64,000 nucleotides of DNA from Pristiophorus japonicus (GCF_044704955.1 NW_027254113.1:496001-560000), one strand, 5' to 3'; counted from the first letter of the stretch, positions 10,150 through 23,479 are shown. Notes: generated from the letters alone by a model not told the origin. Numbers and translations are program-made.

Positions 10150-13100
10150 GGCCACACATTCCGATTACAATACATTGGCGGGGTGGGGGCGAACATACAA
10201 AGAGATGTTGCTTTACTAGACACAGGGGCAGAAGTTACTATTATCCTTGGAAACCCTAGGAAACACACAGGGACCTGTATGATGATTAATGGGTTCGGGG
10301 ATGGGGGGCAGAAACGCCCGCTGTCCGAACAACTATCAGAATGGCGTTGGGAAATGGGCCTCCGCGCTGCGTAATGGTCTTAATATCGGCAGTAAAGGAA
10401 CATATTATTGGGATGGACCTTTTAAAGGGAACCACACACGACATCTCGTTCGGGCGATTCTCATTCGGGATATGGGCGATCATTGAGATTGCAGAGGAAG
10501 CAAAGTGGGAACCAGTGGTAATACCACGGCCATTGCGTATAGTGACTATGAAACAGTACCAAATACCTGGGGGACACAAAGAAATAGGGGAAACCATACA
10601 AGGGCTCTTGGAGGCGGGAATCATTAGACATGTTTGGCGTGTGCAGAAACCCGAAAAAAGTTGGAGGATGACTGTGGATTACCGACAACTGAACAAATGT
10701 GACCCTCCCCTGGCAACCGCTGTCCCAGATGTCGTAACTATAACAGAGCGGCTGTCTCAAAAAGGTGCGGAGTGGTATGCGGTAACAGACCTGGCCAATG
10801 CCAGTTTCGCCATTCTAATAGCGGAAGAATCACAGCACCAGTTTGCACTCACTTGGGAAGGGAGGCAATACACGTTTAAACGCCTACCTCAAGGTTACCT
10901 ACATAGCCCTACCCTATGCCATGGATTGGTGGCCCGGGACCTGGACATGTGCACGTTGGCTCCTAATATCTCACTGGCACACTATATCGATGATGTACTA
11001 ATAAGGGGTCCCACCGAGGCTGTGGTGTCAGAAGCCCTAGCTACTTTAGTCCAACACATGCGAGATCTGGGCTTGGAGATAAATCCGAAGAAGGTGTAGG
11101 GCCCTAGCCAGATTGTCCAGTTTCTGGGGATCCAATGGACTCGCGGTGAGCGCATCATCCCCGAGCCTGTGAGGAATAAAATTAAAGAAATGGCCACCTC
11201 CACGAATAAAACTGAGACACAACGGTTCGTGGGACTATTGGGTTACTGGAGGAGACACATACCTCACCTCACGTTGCTATTAAAATCGTTGTATGCCGCA
11301 ACTCGAAAAAAGGCCCACTTCGAGTGGGGAAAGGAACAACAGGTGGCTTTTGATGCAGCCAAACAAGCCGTAGCTCAAGCTTTACCCCAAGCCCTGCAAG
11401 TGCCTGGACAGCCTTTTGAGCTACAGGTATCCGTTACCAATGATACTGCAGTATGAAGTTTGTGGCAGGCTCAACATGGCACTCGTATATCGTTAGGGTA
11501 ATAGTCTAGAAAATTGATAGATGCTGCTGCTCGTTACACTGCATTTGAGAAACAATTATTAGCATGTTATTGGGCCCTAACAGAAACAGAAGGACAGACA
11601 GGAGACAGCAATGTTATTTTAAGACCAGACCTACCCATATTACCCTGGGTTCTCTCAGAAAATGAGACACACAAGGTCGGGCGAGTGCAGCAAAGCTCCA
11701 TAGTGCGCTCGAAATGGTATATCGCAGACAGAGCAAGTAAAGGGAAAGAAGGAATCACCCGACTACATGAGCATGTGGCTGAATACCCACAAACAGCTGA
11801 GAGTGAACTTACGCAGTCGTCTGTCAGTTTAACCAAAGAGTCACCGATCCCCTGGGGCGTGTCTTTTGAACAGTTAACACCCGAAGAACGTAGCCATGCC
11901 TGGTTCACAGGTGGCTCAGCGGTCTGGCGAAATGGCCTTCGGTGATGGCGAGCCGCTGCCTTCAATACAAAAAAACAGACAATTGTGCATGATGAGGGCG
12001 CGGGAGGCTCCAGCCAGCAAGCAGAACTAGCAGCTGTAGTCCCTGCGCTAGAAGAGGAACAGCAACAAGTACACATATATACTGACTCATGGGCAGTAGC
12101 CAATGGCATGGCGGGCTGAATGCGAAACTGGCATGAACATAACTGGCAAATAACTGGGAAAGACTTGTGGGGAAAGTACCTATGGGAACAAATATGTTCC
12201 AAAGCCCAGAAGATGAAAATAACTGTATATCATGTGGACACTCACATGAAAAACACTTCAAAGACCTCTGAATATAATAACACAGTTGATAATATAGCCC
12301 GGGTACGGGCTGTAAAAGAGGCGGAAGAGGAAGAATATGGCATAGGCAAGTGGGTCCACCACAAATCTGGACATGTGGGCATTCAGGGTACGATACAGTG
12401 GGCACGAAATGGGGGGTTACATTTGACTACGGACGGTGTTAATCAGATCATAAACACCTGTGAAATTTGTCAAAAGGTGAAGCATTTCCCCTACAACGAC
12501 AATTAAGAGAGGGTCTCAACCAGCAGAAACATGGCAAGTTGATTATGTAGGACCTTTACCATTGCAACAACGGTTCCAATATTTGCTCACTGTTGTTGAT
12601 ACCTATTCTACACTTTTGATCGCTTATCCAGTGACTAAAGCGAATCAACCAAGTACGATTAAAGGACTGGAGAATTTAATCACATACTACGGTGAACCAG
12701 CAGAAGTACAGTCCGATAATGGGTCGCACTTCACAGGTCAAACAGTGCAACAGTGGGCGGTAGATAACGAGATCTATTGGATGTTTCACATACCTTACTA
12801 TCCTCAAGCTGCAGGTTTAATGGAACGCATGAATGGATTACTTAAACAACAGATTAAAATATTAACTCCCACTAACACATTGCAAGGGTGGTTAAAGATC
12901 GTCCCACAAGCAGTGCGCAATCTGAATCACCGACCATTGTGGGGGGGGAAACTCCCATAAGCCACATGTTAGGCAAAGTTAGTGTCCCTACTATTGAAAA
13001 AGAAAATCAGACTCAGGACACAGTTTGTGAAGGAGGAAAAGTGTGGGTGCAGTACCCCCAGAAACGCTTACAAGCAGGGGAAAAGTTAGTGAAAGGAGAA

Positions 13101-13181
13101 CAAAACACTTATTGGGTGCTCCTGACCGGTCAAGATGTGCCTCCCTCTGTTGACAAGGGTAAATTGACTAAACGGAGCTGA
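10150..13181 (+). pseudogene. pol: pro-pol of class III ERV, disrupted
   Basis: LLDTGA protease; WRMTVDYRQLN, LPQGY, HYIDD; RNase H YTDS; integrase HH..H..CEIC, QSDNGSHF, ERMNGLLK. Confidence 0.92.
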
Positions 13182-13223
13182 ATTAATATAATTATTCTTC
13201 CTCCCACAGAAATTCAGCCCAAA

Positions 13224-13689
13224 ATGGCGACTTACCAACTCGTGCTGGCCAGCCTCTGTGTCTCGTTATCTGTGACTGTGCTACGTCCATCCTCAAACAC
13301 AGCATGGGGTGGCGGATAGCTAACACTGATCGTATGCAAGACAATTACTAACCTTCCTCCACACTGTAGACCTAACTCGTTAAGCTCAATTTCTAAAAGA
13401 TAATCAAAAGGTCACTGACGAATTGAGCAAACGAGGGCGTACTCTTCATACTCTGCAAGTTGCTATGAGTTACAGTGAAGGCGCCTTGGTCAGAGTTGCG
13501 ACAACGGTTAATGACCTTACTGTACACCATTGGTGGGACATCTTTTACGAATGGTCCCCAAAGACATCTGCCGCTTTGAAGCTGTTACTACATCCTATCG
13601 TTGTTTTACTCATCGCGTTATTACTGATATGTATGTATTCTTTGATGTAGATTGTGGGCGTTGTTCGCGCATACACAATATGTAACTGA
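13224..13689 (+). pseudogene. env: short env-like remnant (signal peptide plus membrane-proximal/TM region)
   Basis: Acceptor ctcccacAG at 13209; MATYQLVLASLCVSL; later HHWWDIFYEWSP...LLLHPIVVLLIALLLICMY hydrophobic span; stops and frameshifts. Confidence 0.6.
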
Positions 13690-13747
13690 TGCATTACGCT
13701 TTCAACTCGATTATATTACTTAGAATGTCTAAATATCAAGATTGGAT

Positions 13748-14274
13748 TGTATTGTATAGGGTTAATCACATAGTGTTAATTATGATATTCCAACACTTAC
13801 AGTGTGTATTCTGCTTCATGCCTCGTGGAATGTTGTTGATCCAGAGAGAGAGAGACCTTGATGCGCACACCATCTTGTTTGTGGGACGATCAGCGCCTCG
13901 AGGCCTCATGCTTTGTGGAAGAACATCTGGGGCCTTACAGATTAGGAGTTGTCCATAAGCCACATGCACCCATGTTTATTCAATAGTATAAAGGAACGGA
14001 ACTGTCCAGTAGCTCTTTGAATTTCACCTTAGACCGTGATTAGCGAGTGGTGCCAGGACCCCTAAGGCTCCAGACCAGCCGTCGTTGCGGAGTTCCGACG
14101 GGTCGAAGGCTGTGAGCTTTGTTGCATCTTATCATACTTCCCTTTTCTTCGTAAACTGTATGATGTTTCCTTTCTCTCAGTAAATGGTGTTTTATCTTTA
14201 CTTCATTTGTCTTGTCTCTTATTTAACATTCATCCAGATCCCGAATCTGGATCTATTATTATCGATCCAAAACA
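13748..14274 (+). repeat. 3' LTR of class III ERV
   Basis: TG...CA termini; homologous to 7923-8457. Confidence 0.92.
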
Positions 14275-16774
14275 CATGCTCGCACAAGTCTTTTACACAG
14301 GTTATACAATACAAACAGCTTGTTGGAGCATAAAATGTTTCTAGCTTTCTCAAAAGCAATTACTTGTTTTTTTCCCCATACCCAGTTCTCACCTTGACGC
14401 AATAACACATGTAAGGGCTCTAAGAGGGTGCTTCACCCCGGTAGAAAGTTGCCAAGATAGTTGAGAAGTCCCAGGAACGACCGCAGCTCCATGATGTTCT
14501 GTGGCATGGGCGCGTTCCTGATAGCCTCTGTCTTGGCGTCTGTGGGCCGAATGCCGTCCGCCGCAATCTTTCTCCCCAAAAACTCCAATTCTGTTGCCAT
14601 GAAAACGTATTTCGACCTCTTCAGCCGCAGCCCTACGCGATCCATTCACTGGAGGAGCCCCTCTAGGTTTGTAGGTGCTCCACAGTATCTCGACCCATGA
14701 ACAATATGTCGTCCTGAAAGACCACTGTGCATGGTACCGACTTGAGTAGGCTCTCCATGTTTCTCTGGAAGATCGCTGCAGCCAACCGAATTCCAAACGG
14801 GCATCTGTTGGAGATGAACAATCCCTTGTGCGTGTTGATGCAGGTGAGGCCCTTCGAAGACTCCTCCAGGTCCTGCGTCATGTAGGCCGAAGTTTAGTCG
14901 AGCTTGGTGAACGTCTTGCCTCCTGTCAGCATCGCAAATAGGTAGTCTGCCTAAGGTAGTGGGTATTGGTCCTGTAGCGAGAAATAATTAATAGTTACTT
15001 TATAATCGCCGCAAATCCTGACTGTGCCATCACTTAGGAACAATCGGGCTGGCCCACTCACTGAATTCCACTGGGGAGATGATGTCCTCGCGTTGCAGCC
15101 TGTCCAACTCGATCTCCACTCTCTCCCTCATCATGTGAGGTACCGCTCGCACCTTGTGGTGAATGGGCCGTACCTCTGGGACCAAGTGGATGAGCACCTT
15201 CGCCCCGGTAAAAATGTCTAATGCCTGGCTCAAAAAGGGAAGGATATTTTTAAGAACCTGTGTACACGAGGCCTCATCGACATGTGATAGCGCTCGGATG
15301 TCATCCCAGTTCCAGCGGATTTTGCCCAGGCAACTCCTTCCAAGCAGTGTGTGGCCATCGCCCAGGACAATCCAGAGTGGCAGTTCATGCACCGTGCCCT
15401 CGTAGGTGACCTTGACCATGGCACTGCGCAGAACAGTGATGAGCTCTTTGGTGTACGTTCTCAGTTTCGTGTGCATGGGGCTCAGGGCTGGTATGAGAGT
15501 CTTGTTGCACCACAGTCTCTCAAACATCACTTTACCCATGATGGATTGGCAAGCACTAGTGTCCAGTTCCATGGCTACGGGTAAGCCATTCAATTTAACA
15601 TTTAGCATTATAGGTGGACATTTTGTCGAAAATGTGTACAGCCCGTATACTTCAGCATCTGCCTCCTCTCTCTGAGGCTCGAAATTGCTTTTATCCACCA
15701 TGGACCGATCTTCCTCTGCCACGTGGTGGTCAGCAGGTTGCAAGCTCGTTGGAGGAGCCCCATTGTTCCACAGCTGTTGCAAACATACCCTTTGGAGCGG
15801 CATGAATAGGCTGAATGGAAGCCTGCACAACGCCAACAAGGTGTGAATTACCTTGCATTCATCCTTTGTTGCGGACTCTGAGTCATCTGGGTCACCTGAG
15901 GCCTTCTGGCAGTTGCAAACTCGTGGTTTCTGCCCTGTACATTTCTGCTCACAAACACAGTTCCAATTAATTTGTGAACATTGCAAGCACTTGTGTGCTG
16001 AGAGATTTGTTTGGTGTTATCACTGACGGACATAAACGCCTGTGATATTTCAATGGACTTACTTAGGGTCGGTGTTCCTTCAGTCAAAAGTTTTCGTCAG
16101 ATGGTCTCGTGGCCAATGCCCAGTACAAAAAAGTCTCCGAGCAGCTGCTCCAGGTAGCCATCATATTCACATTGTCCTGCAAGTCGCCTTAGCTCGGCGA
16201 TGTAGCTCGCCACTTCCTGACCTTCAGATCGCTGGCACATGTAGAACTGATACCACGCCATCAGCACGCTCTCCCTCGGGTTAAGATGCTCCCGAAGCAG
16301 TGCACACATCTCCTCATACGACTTATCTGTGAGTTTCACTGAAGCCAGAAGATTCTTCATGAGGCTGTAGGTCGGTGCCCCTCAAACCGTGAGGAGGACT
16401 GCTCTCCTTTTCGCAGCACCTCCTTCTCCGTCCAGCTCATTGGCTACAAAGTACTGGTTTAGCCGTTCGACATAGGCTTCCTAGTCCCCATCCTCCAAGA
16501 CCTTCTCCAGGACGCCCACAGTTTGCTGCATCTTTCCATTGGATTTGCATAGTCGTCGCCAGTTATTGTGTTCCTAACAGAGATGAGACTGCACACAGGG
16601 AGGTTAAAGTAACAGTGACCTCAGTCTTTATTAAGGCACTCCAGAATGAGGAACAGGCCTTAGGGGCCGGCTTATATACAGTGCTCCCAAGGGAAGCTGG
16701 GATCCCGTGGGACTTCAGGGGATGTGATACCTGTTGGCAGAACATGGGAGTGCATGCTTTACAGATACAGAACA
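14275..16774 (-). mobile_element. Ty3/gypsy LTR retrotransposon (Mag/K02A2.6-like), 3'-truncated
   Basis: 5' LTR 16567-16774; PBS TGGCGACGA at 16553-16561; gag fragment, MELDTSA protease, RT (INTHKGLF, VFQDD, ELRSFLGLLNY); ends at the RNase H start (KRLVRAC). Confidence 0.88.
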
Positions 16775-16777
16775 CAC

Positions 16778-17612
16778 CCCTCCCCCAACTCGGGCTCCCA
16801 CCCCTCCTCTCCCCAACTCGGGCTCTCTCCCAGCTCAACTCGGGCTCCCTACCCTCCCCCCACAACTCGGGCTCCCTCCCCTCCCACCCACCACACTCTG
16901 GCTCGGGCTCCCTCCCCTCCCGACTCGGGCTCCTCCACCCGCCCCTCTCCTACCGACTCGGGCTCCTACATCCTCTCCTCCCCCCCGACTCGAGCTATCA
17001 CCACACCCCCCCCCCGCAACTCAGGCTACTCCTCTCCCCCACAACTGGGGCTTCTCACCTCCCCCAACTGGGGTTCCTCCCCACCCCCCAACTCGGGCTC
17101 CTCTCCTCCCCACAACTCAGGCTCCTCCGCTTCCCCCTCTCCCCAAACAACTTGGGCATTCCCCCTCCCCCACTCCCCCAACTCGGGCTCTCCCCCTCCC
17201 TCACCCTCTCCCCCAACACGGGCTCTCCCCCTCCCTCTCTCCCCCAACTCGGGCTCTCCCCAACTCGGGCTCTCCCCCTCCACCTCTCCCTCAACTCGGG
17301 CTCCCCCTCCCCCTCTCCCCAAACTCGGGCTCCCCCTCCCTCTCTCCCCCAACACGGGCTTTCCTCCTCCCCCTCCCCCGCAACCCGGGCTCCCCCCTCC
17401 CCCTCAATCGGGCTCTAACCCTCTACGCCAATTCGGGCTCTTCCCCTCCCCCTCTCGCCCAACTTGTGCTCTCCCCATTCCCCTCCCCCAACTCAGGCTC
17501 TCTCTCTCCACCCCTCTCCCCCAACTCGTTCTTTCTCCCTTCCCCTCTCCCCCAGCTCCGGCTCCCCCAACCCCGTCTCTCCCCCTCCCCCAACTCGGGC
17601 TCGCCCCCTCCC
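16778..17612. repeat. Pyrimidine-rich degenerate repeat (CCCCAACTCGGGCTC core)
   Basis: Core recurs with variable C/T spacers. Confidence 0.9.
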
Positions 17613-17990
17613 ACCTGAAGGTACTGACTCTGGCTGGGTTCAGTTTTACTCTCACTCGTTCTCTTCCCCTGAAGGTGCTGACTCTGGCTGGGTTCAGTTT
17701 TACACTCACTGGCTCCCCTCCCCTGAATGTACTGACTCTGGCTGGGTTCAGTTCTACACTCACTGGTTCCCTTCCCCTGAAGGTACTGACTCTGGCTCGG
17801 TTCAGTTCTACTCTCACTAGTTCCCTTCCCCTGAAAGTACTGACTCTGGCTGGGTTCAGTTCTACACTCACTGGTACCCCTCTACTGAAGTGCTGACTCT
17901 AGCTGGGTTGAGTTCTCCACTCACTGGTTCCCCTCCGCTGAAATTACTGACTCTGGCTGGGTTCAGTTCTGCACTCACTGGTTCCTCACT
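17613..17990. repeat. 54-bp satellite (GACTCTGGCTGGGTTCAGTTCTACACTCACTGGTTCCCCTCCCCTGAAGGTACT), ~7 copies
   Basis: Same family at 22730-23000, 31097-31345 (reverse) and 60734-61015. Confidence 0.92.
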
Positions 17991-18184
17991 GTTTGTGAAA
18001 TGCTCCTGACACTTTATTAAATACACACAGCAGAAGCCCATGAATGTGATGCTCGATCACTGACTCATGAACAGCCAGCAGTGTTGAGCCTCCTGAGGAT
18101 TCGATCCCTTTACGGCCAGTATTTGCAGGAGCTGGGACACGGGAAATTATACATTTGTTCACTAAAAATAGTAATGTCTACTTA

Positions 18185-18585
18185 ATTTACAGACGCTCCC
18201 TGAACAATCCTCATTTTCCCTCCATTTGCAAACGCTCCCTGATTGGTACCCATTTCTCCATTTACGGACACTCCCTGTCCAGTCCCCATTTCTCCCCCAT
18301 TTACAGATGCTTTCTGACCAGTCCCCATTTCACCTCCATTTACAGACGCTCCCTAACAGGTCCCCATTTCTCCATTAACAGACACTCCCTGACCACTCCT
18401 CATTTCTCCTCCATTTACAGACACTCCCTGATCAGTCCCCATTCCTCCTCCATTTACAGATGCACCCTGACCAGTCCCCATTTCTCCATTTACGGACGCT
18501 CCCTGACCAGTTGCTATTTCTCCTCCATTTACAGACACTCCCTGACCACTCCCCATTTCTCCTCCATTATAGACACTCCCTGACT
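18185..18585. repeat. ~39-bp minisatellite (TTTACAGACGCTCCCTGACCAGTCCCCATTTCTCCTCCA)
   Basis: Same family at 55495-55735 and 56427-56520. Confidence 0.88.
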
Positions 18586-18779
18586 CGCTGGGGGTTTCCC
18601 AACACTTCCTGCTGGTCCCAGAGTCTGTGTCTGAAACTGGCGGGTGGTTGTGGTGCAGCGGATAATGCGGCGTGTTGTCTCTTAAACTCCAGGAGGAATC
18701 GGGATTTTGTGTTGTGGCTTAAACAGATGGAACCCTGTGGGGTGGAGTAAACATTGCATCATCTGTTAGTGAAAGGGAT

Positions 18780-19565
18780 TCATTCAGGACAGGCAGCAGG
18801 GTTTCAGGAAATCACAGTGCAGTGAGAAAGGAAATAAATGTTGTGTAGATGGATTGCCAAACGGTGTTTGATAAGGTGCCGGACAGGAGGCTTGTTGACC
18901 AAATTAATGCTCACAGTATTAAAGACAGTGGGGCAGCGTGGAGAGGAAGTTGGGTCATGGGCAGAAAACAGAGAGTGGCGGTTAATGGAGGTTCTTCAGA
19001 CTGGGGGGATGTAAACAGTGGTGAGCTAAGGGTCAGTGTTGGGACCATTGCTCTGCTCAATATAGAGAAATGATCTGGTTTTGGGTATATGGGGCACACA
19101 ATCAAAATCTCCAGGGAACACCAAAAAGGGCCCATGGCTAACTGTGAAGAGGACTTTAAGTGCCTTCATTGTCAATACACAGGTTAATAATTGGGCAGGT
19201 AGATGTGAAATGAAAGTTAATGCAGAGAAATGTGCTGCGATAGATTTCGGGAGGAAGAAAAAGGGAGGAAATGTATATTAAATGGTAAAACTTTCAATGG
19301 AGTAGAGGAGCAGAGAGATTTAGGATTGTAGGATTCCAGCTAATTCCATGTCTTATTGAGGATCGAGAGACGAGTGTTAGAACACAAGAACATAAGAAAT
19401 AGGAGCAGGAGTAGGCCATCTGGCTCCTCGAGTCTGCTCCGTCATTCAATAAGATCATGGCTGATCTGATCCTGGCCTCTAATCAACTTCCTTGCCCGCT
19501 CCCCATAACCCTTCATTCCCTGATCGCTCAAAAATATGTCTATCTCCACCTTAAATATATTCAAT
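18780..19565. mobile_element. Old CR1 RT fragment (+) followed by a CR1 3' tail (-)
   Basis: FDKVPDRRL, RKQRVAVNG; CR1 tail AACATAAGAAATAGGAGCAGGAGTAGGCC. Confidence 0.75.
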
Positions 19566-20289
19566 GATTATTATTAGAAACATTAAGATTTTAAGAACTG
19601 TAATTTGAGCAGATTCTCTGTGCTCTACCACATCAGAGTAAAGATGCAAGTCCCACGTGTCCACAGTAACTGACACCAGGTCAGTCCGCTGGATGGTACC
19701 TCGGGTGCCCTGAGCTTGATCTCCGGTGTCTCTAGTCCCCACTGCCCTCGTACATCAGTCACCCCTCACTTTTATGCCCTGCACTGGTCCATCTCTGGCA
19801 CTGGACTCTTCTTTGTCTTGTCTGCTGGGTTTGGGCAGGACACGAGGAAAAGACAGCTAGAACGTCTCTAATCCGTGATTTACAAGGACACTTTCCCTGG
19901 TTCCCAGCAGTTACTTTTCTTCAATAATTTTCTCATTATCCCTAAACTCCCCTGCCTGCTGTTAGTTGTTAGTTCTTATAGTTTCACAATTATAGGTATA
20001 AGCATCACGCGTTATATTCTAATCTATTGTGTTACTCACTCTGGTTTAAGCTTACATTCTGGTTACTCACAGACAAACCCTGTTCTTTTCCCTGATCTGA
20101 TTACAGATTGCAACAGTGGATTCAGTGAATGGAATGTCTGATCAGTGTTGCCATGGTGACCTGTCTGCAGTGAATCGATTGTTTGAGTTTCTAACTCAGA
20201 CTAAACTTATCTTTCCCATGATGCACATTTAAGTCAAAGTCAATGTATTTTAGCCATTTTATGTTGATAACGTGGTTAAATAAGCACAA

Positions 20290-20650
20290 AGGGTCCTATG
20301 GTTTATAAATAGGGCTGTGTAGCACAAAAGAGCAGAGGTCATGTAAACCTGCACAAATCATTGGTTAGGCTGCAGTTCGAGTATTGTGTCAGGTTTTGGG
20401 GATCTTACACCAGGAAGGATATCGAGGCCATGGAGAGGGTGCAGAGAGATTCACTGAGATGATACCAGGGAAGAGAGGCTTTAGTTATCAGGGCAGATTG
20501 GAGAAACTGGGACTCTTTTCATTATAACAAAGGGTCATTGGAGATCTGAGGGAGGTGTTCAAAGTTTGATCGGTAAGTGAGGAAAAACTATTTATACCAG
20601 TCGGTGAGTCAGCAACACGAGGGCATCAAATTCAAATCATCACTAAAAGG
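20290..20650 (+). mobile_element. CR1 3' fragment
   Basis: Degenerate RPQLEYCVQFW / LERVQRRFT-like coding DNA. Confidence 0.7.
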
Positions 20651-20844
20651 CTCAGACCCGGGGGTGAGCTATCGAACACACTGTACAACAATGTTCGGGA
20701 CACTCACTGTCCCTCCGGATCTGTGTCCAGGGGAGGAACCGATGGGTTTTCCTTATCTTTGGGTTAAATGATGTTCTCATCGAGGTGATGGATGTCAGTG
20801 TTTGGGAATGGGTCATTCTGAGCACCTTGTGTCTGCCTAAAGCA

Positions 20845-21135
20845 CTTCCAGGGCAGGTAAAGCACGGGGTTAGATACAGAGTAAAGGTCTCTCTACACTT
20901 TCCCAACAAACACTCCCAGGGCAGGTACAGCACGGGTTAGATACAGAGTAAAGCTCTCTCTACACGGTCTCATCAAAACTCCCAGCGCAGGTACAGTACT
21001 GGTTAGATACAGTGTAAAGCTACCTCTACACTGTCCCATCAAACACTCCCAGGGCAGGTACAGAACGGGTTAGATACAGAGTAAAGCTCCCTCTACACTG
21101 TCCCATCAAACACTCCCAGGACAGGTACTGCACAG
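20845..21135. repeat. 67-bp tandem repeat (~4.3 copies)
   Basis: AGAGTAAAGCTCCCTCTACACTGTCCCATCAAACACTCCCAGGGCAGGTACAGCACGGGTTAGATAC; partial copy at 5728-5775. Confidence 0.9.
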
Positions 21136-21137
21136 GA

Positions 21138-21390
21138 TTGCTGCACTGTCAGTGTTGCCATCTTTCAGATGAGTCGTTCAACCGAGGCCCCATCAGCTCT
21201 CAACCAATATCACTCAAACAGATTCTCTGGCCATTGCTGTTCATGGCAGCTTGCTGTGTGCAAATCATCTGCTGCATTTCCTATATTACAACAGTGAATG
21301 CACTTCAAATGTACTTTGGTGTTATTGCACTTCATTGGCTGTAAAGCACTTTGAGGTCATGTGAGGTGCTGCATAAGGACAGGTCTTTGT
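21138..21390 (+). mobile_element. DeuSINE-type SINE fragment
   Basis: Homologous to the cores at 23480-23910 and 52515-52940. Confidence 0.6.
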
Positions 21391-21626
21391 TAAATGAAGG
21401 AGAAAAGTTCCAAAAAAGGAACAGTTAGTAACAGTACAACAATTAGTCTCCTCTTATATTGGAGAATTCAAGGAATCGACACACTGTGTGTTGGAACCAA
21501 AGCTGATTTATTTGTCAGATATCCAGAACATTAAATCCAGCCCAGTTACAGGGGAAACACAGCCCGACTGTCAGAATGAACACGATTCAGTCCTGATGTG
21601 ATTCACAGCAGAATCCAACCCTGCAG

Positions 21627-22644
21627 TCACTTGTGAACTCGCAGGTTTCTCAGCAGGTTGTATGGGGCAGTGAATCCCTTCCAACAGATGGAACAGGTGA
21701 ATGGCCTCTCCCCAGTGCGAACCCGCTGGTGTGTCAGCAGGTTGGATTTCTGAGTGAATCGCTTCCCACACTCTGAGCAAGTGAACGGCCTCTCCCCAGT
21801 GTGAACTCGCTGGTGTGTCAGCAGGTTGTATGAGGCAGTAAATCGCTTCCCACAGACGGAGCAGGTGAACGGCCTCTCCCCAGTATGAGTGCATTCGTGT
21901 TTCCTCAGATCATTTCTGCTTTTAAAGCTCTTCTCACAGTCAGAACATTTAAACGGTTTCTTATTGGTGTGAACAAGTAGGTGTGCCAGTAGGTTGGATG
22001 AACAAGTGAATCCCTTCCCACACACGGACACAGGTGAATGGCCATTCCCCAGTGTGAACTGGTTGGTGTGCCAGTAGGCTGGATGAATCACTAAATCCCT
22101 TCCCACACATGGAGCAGATGAACGGCCTCTCCCCGGTATGTATTCGCTGGTGTCTCAGCAGGTGGGATGGCCGAGTGAATCCTTTCCCATACTCTGAACA
22201 GGTGAACAGCCTCTCCCCAGTGTGAATGCGCTTGTGAATTTCCAGCTCAGAACGGGTAACTGAATCCCTTCCCACAGTCTCCACATTCCCACGATTTCTC
22301 CATGCTGCTGGTATCACTCCAGATTGGAAGCCTCGCCCACACACAATACGTTTACAAATTCTCTGCGCTGTGAATGGTGCGATGTTTTTTCAGGCTGTGT
22401 AACTGGTTAAAGCTCTTTCCAAAGGCAGTGCCATGGAACACTCTCACTCGGCTGTGTGTGTCTCAGTGCTTTTGCAGTCACACTGATGTTTGGAATATTT
22501 GCCTGCAGGCAGAAGAGACAAACATTTCTCCTTCCACATTCAAAGGCCAATGATATTCATGTTGCGGTGGATCAAGTGACTCTGTGAAATCTTGGTGATG
22601 TTTGGTTCCAGTTTCCCATCTGCAAATCTTCCCCTTCTAATCCC
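21627..22644 (-). pseudogene. C2H2 zinc-finger cassette 1, frameshifted
   Basis: Acceptor ttttcAG; [12 protein letters not shown] then about 8 fingers with HTGERPF linkers ending RVHK*; frameshifts near 22255 and 22030. Confidence 0.88.
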
Positions 22645-22729
22645 CTGAAAAAGGAGTTTACAAAAGTCAACCCTGCTCCCCATGTTGAAATCCAAACCCA
22701 TTACATCATTGCCAATATTTTTTCTTTCT

Positions 22730-23000
22730 TGCTGAAGGTATTGACTCTGGCTGGGTTCAGTTCTACATTCACTGGGTCCTCTCCCTCTCCTCCCCTGAAG
22801 GTGCTGACACTGGTTGGATTCAGTTCTACACTCAATGGTTCCTCTCCCTCTCCTCCCCTGAAGGTGCTGACATTGGTTGGATTAAGTTCTACACTCAATG
22901 GTTCCCCTCCCTCTCCTTCCCTGAAGGTGCTGACTCTGGCTGGTTTCAGTTCTACACTCACTGGTTCCCCTCCCCTGAAGGTGCTGACTCTGGCTGGGTT
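22730..23000. repeat. 54-63-bp satellite upstream of ZNF cassette 1
   Basis: Variant of the 54-bp unit. Confidence 0.88.
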
Positions 23001-23002
23001 CT

Positions 23003-23478
23003 AGTTAGGCCACAGCTAGAGTACTGTGTGCAGTTCTGGTCACCACATTACAAGAAAGATGTGATTGCACCACTCAGGGTACAAAGATTTACGAGGATGT
23101 TGCCTGGACATGAGAATTTTAGCTATGAGGACAGATTGGCTAGACTGGGGTTGATAGTTTAGGAAAAGAGGACGCTGAGGGGATACCTCATTGAGGTGTA
23201 TAAAATTATGAGGGGCCTAGATAGAGTGGATAGGAAGGATCTATTTCCCTTAGCAGAGGGTCAATCGCTGGGGGTGCATAGATTTAAAGTAATTGGTGAA
23301 ATGTTTAGATGGGATTTGAGAAATATTTTCACCGAGAGGATGGTGGGAGTCTGGAACTGACTGCCTGAAAGGATGGTAGCGGCAGAAAACCTCATAACAT
23401 TTAAAAGTACTTGGATATGCACTTGACGGGCCTAGATAGAGTGGATACGAAGGACCTATTTGTCTTAGCAGAGGTGTC
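23003..23478 (+). mobile_element. CR1 3' fragment
   Basis: RPQLEYCVQFWSPHYKKD coding DNA. Confidence 0.8.
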
Positions 23479-23479
23479 A

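Larger units (their letters stand above)
7923..14274 (+). mobile_element. Class III (ERV-S/L-like) endogenous retrovirus, defective
   Basis: Paired LTRs, Ser-tRNA PBS, RT with LPQGY and HYIDD, RNase H, HHCC/DDE integrase; no CCHC knuckle or dUTPase seen. Confidence 0.9.

Noticed and set aside
16615-17896. 267-390 aa extensin-like ORFs
   Set aside because: Low-complexity C/T repeat and the 54-bp satellite lack stops in all frames; no splice or start context
18813-18840. CACAGTG with 12-nt spacer as an RSS
   Set aside because: Nonamer matches only about 5/9 and it lies in a decayed CR1
19570-20060. Possible solo LTR on the minus strand
   Set aside because: No second copy and no convincing TSD in the window
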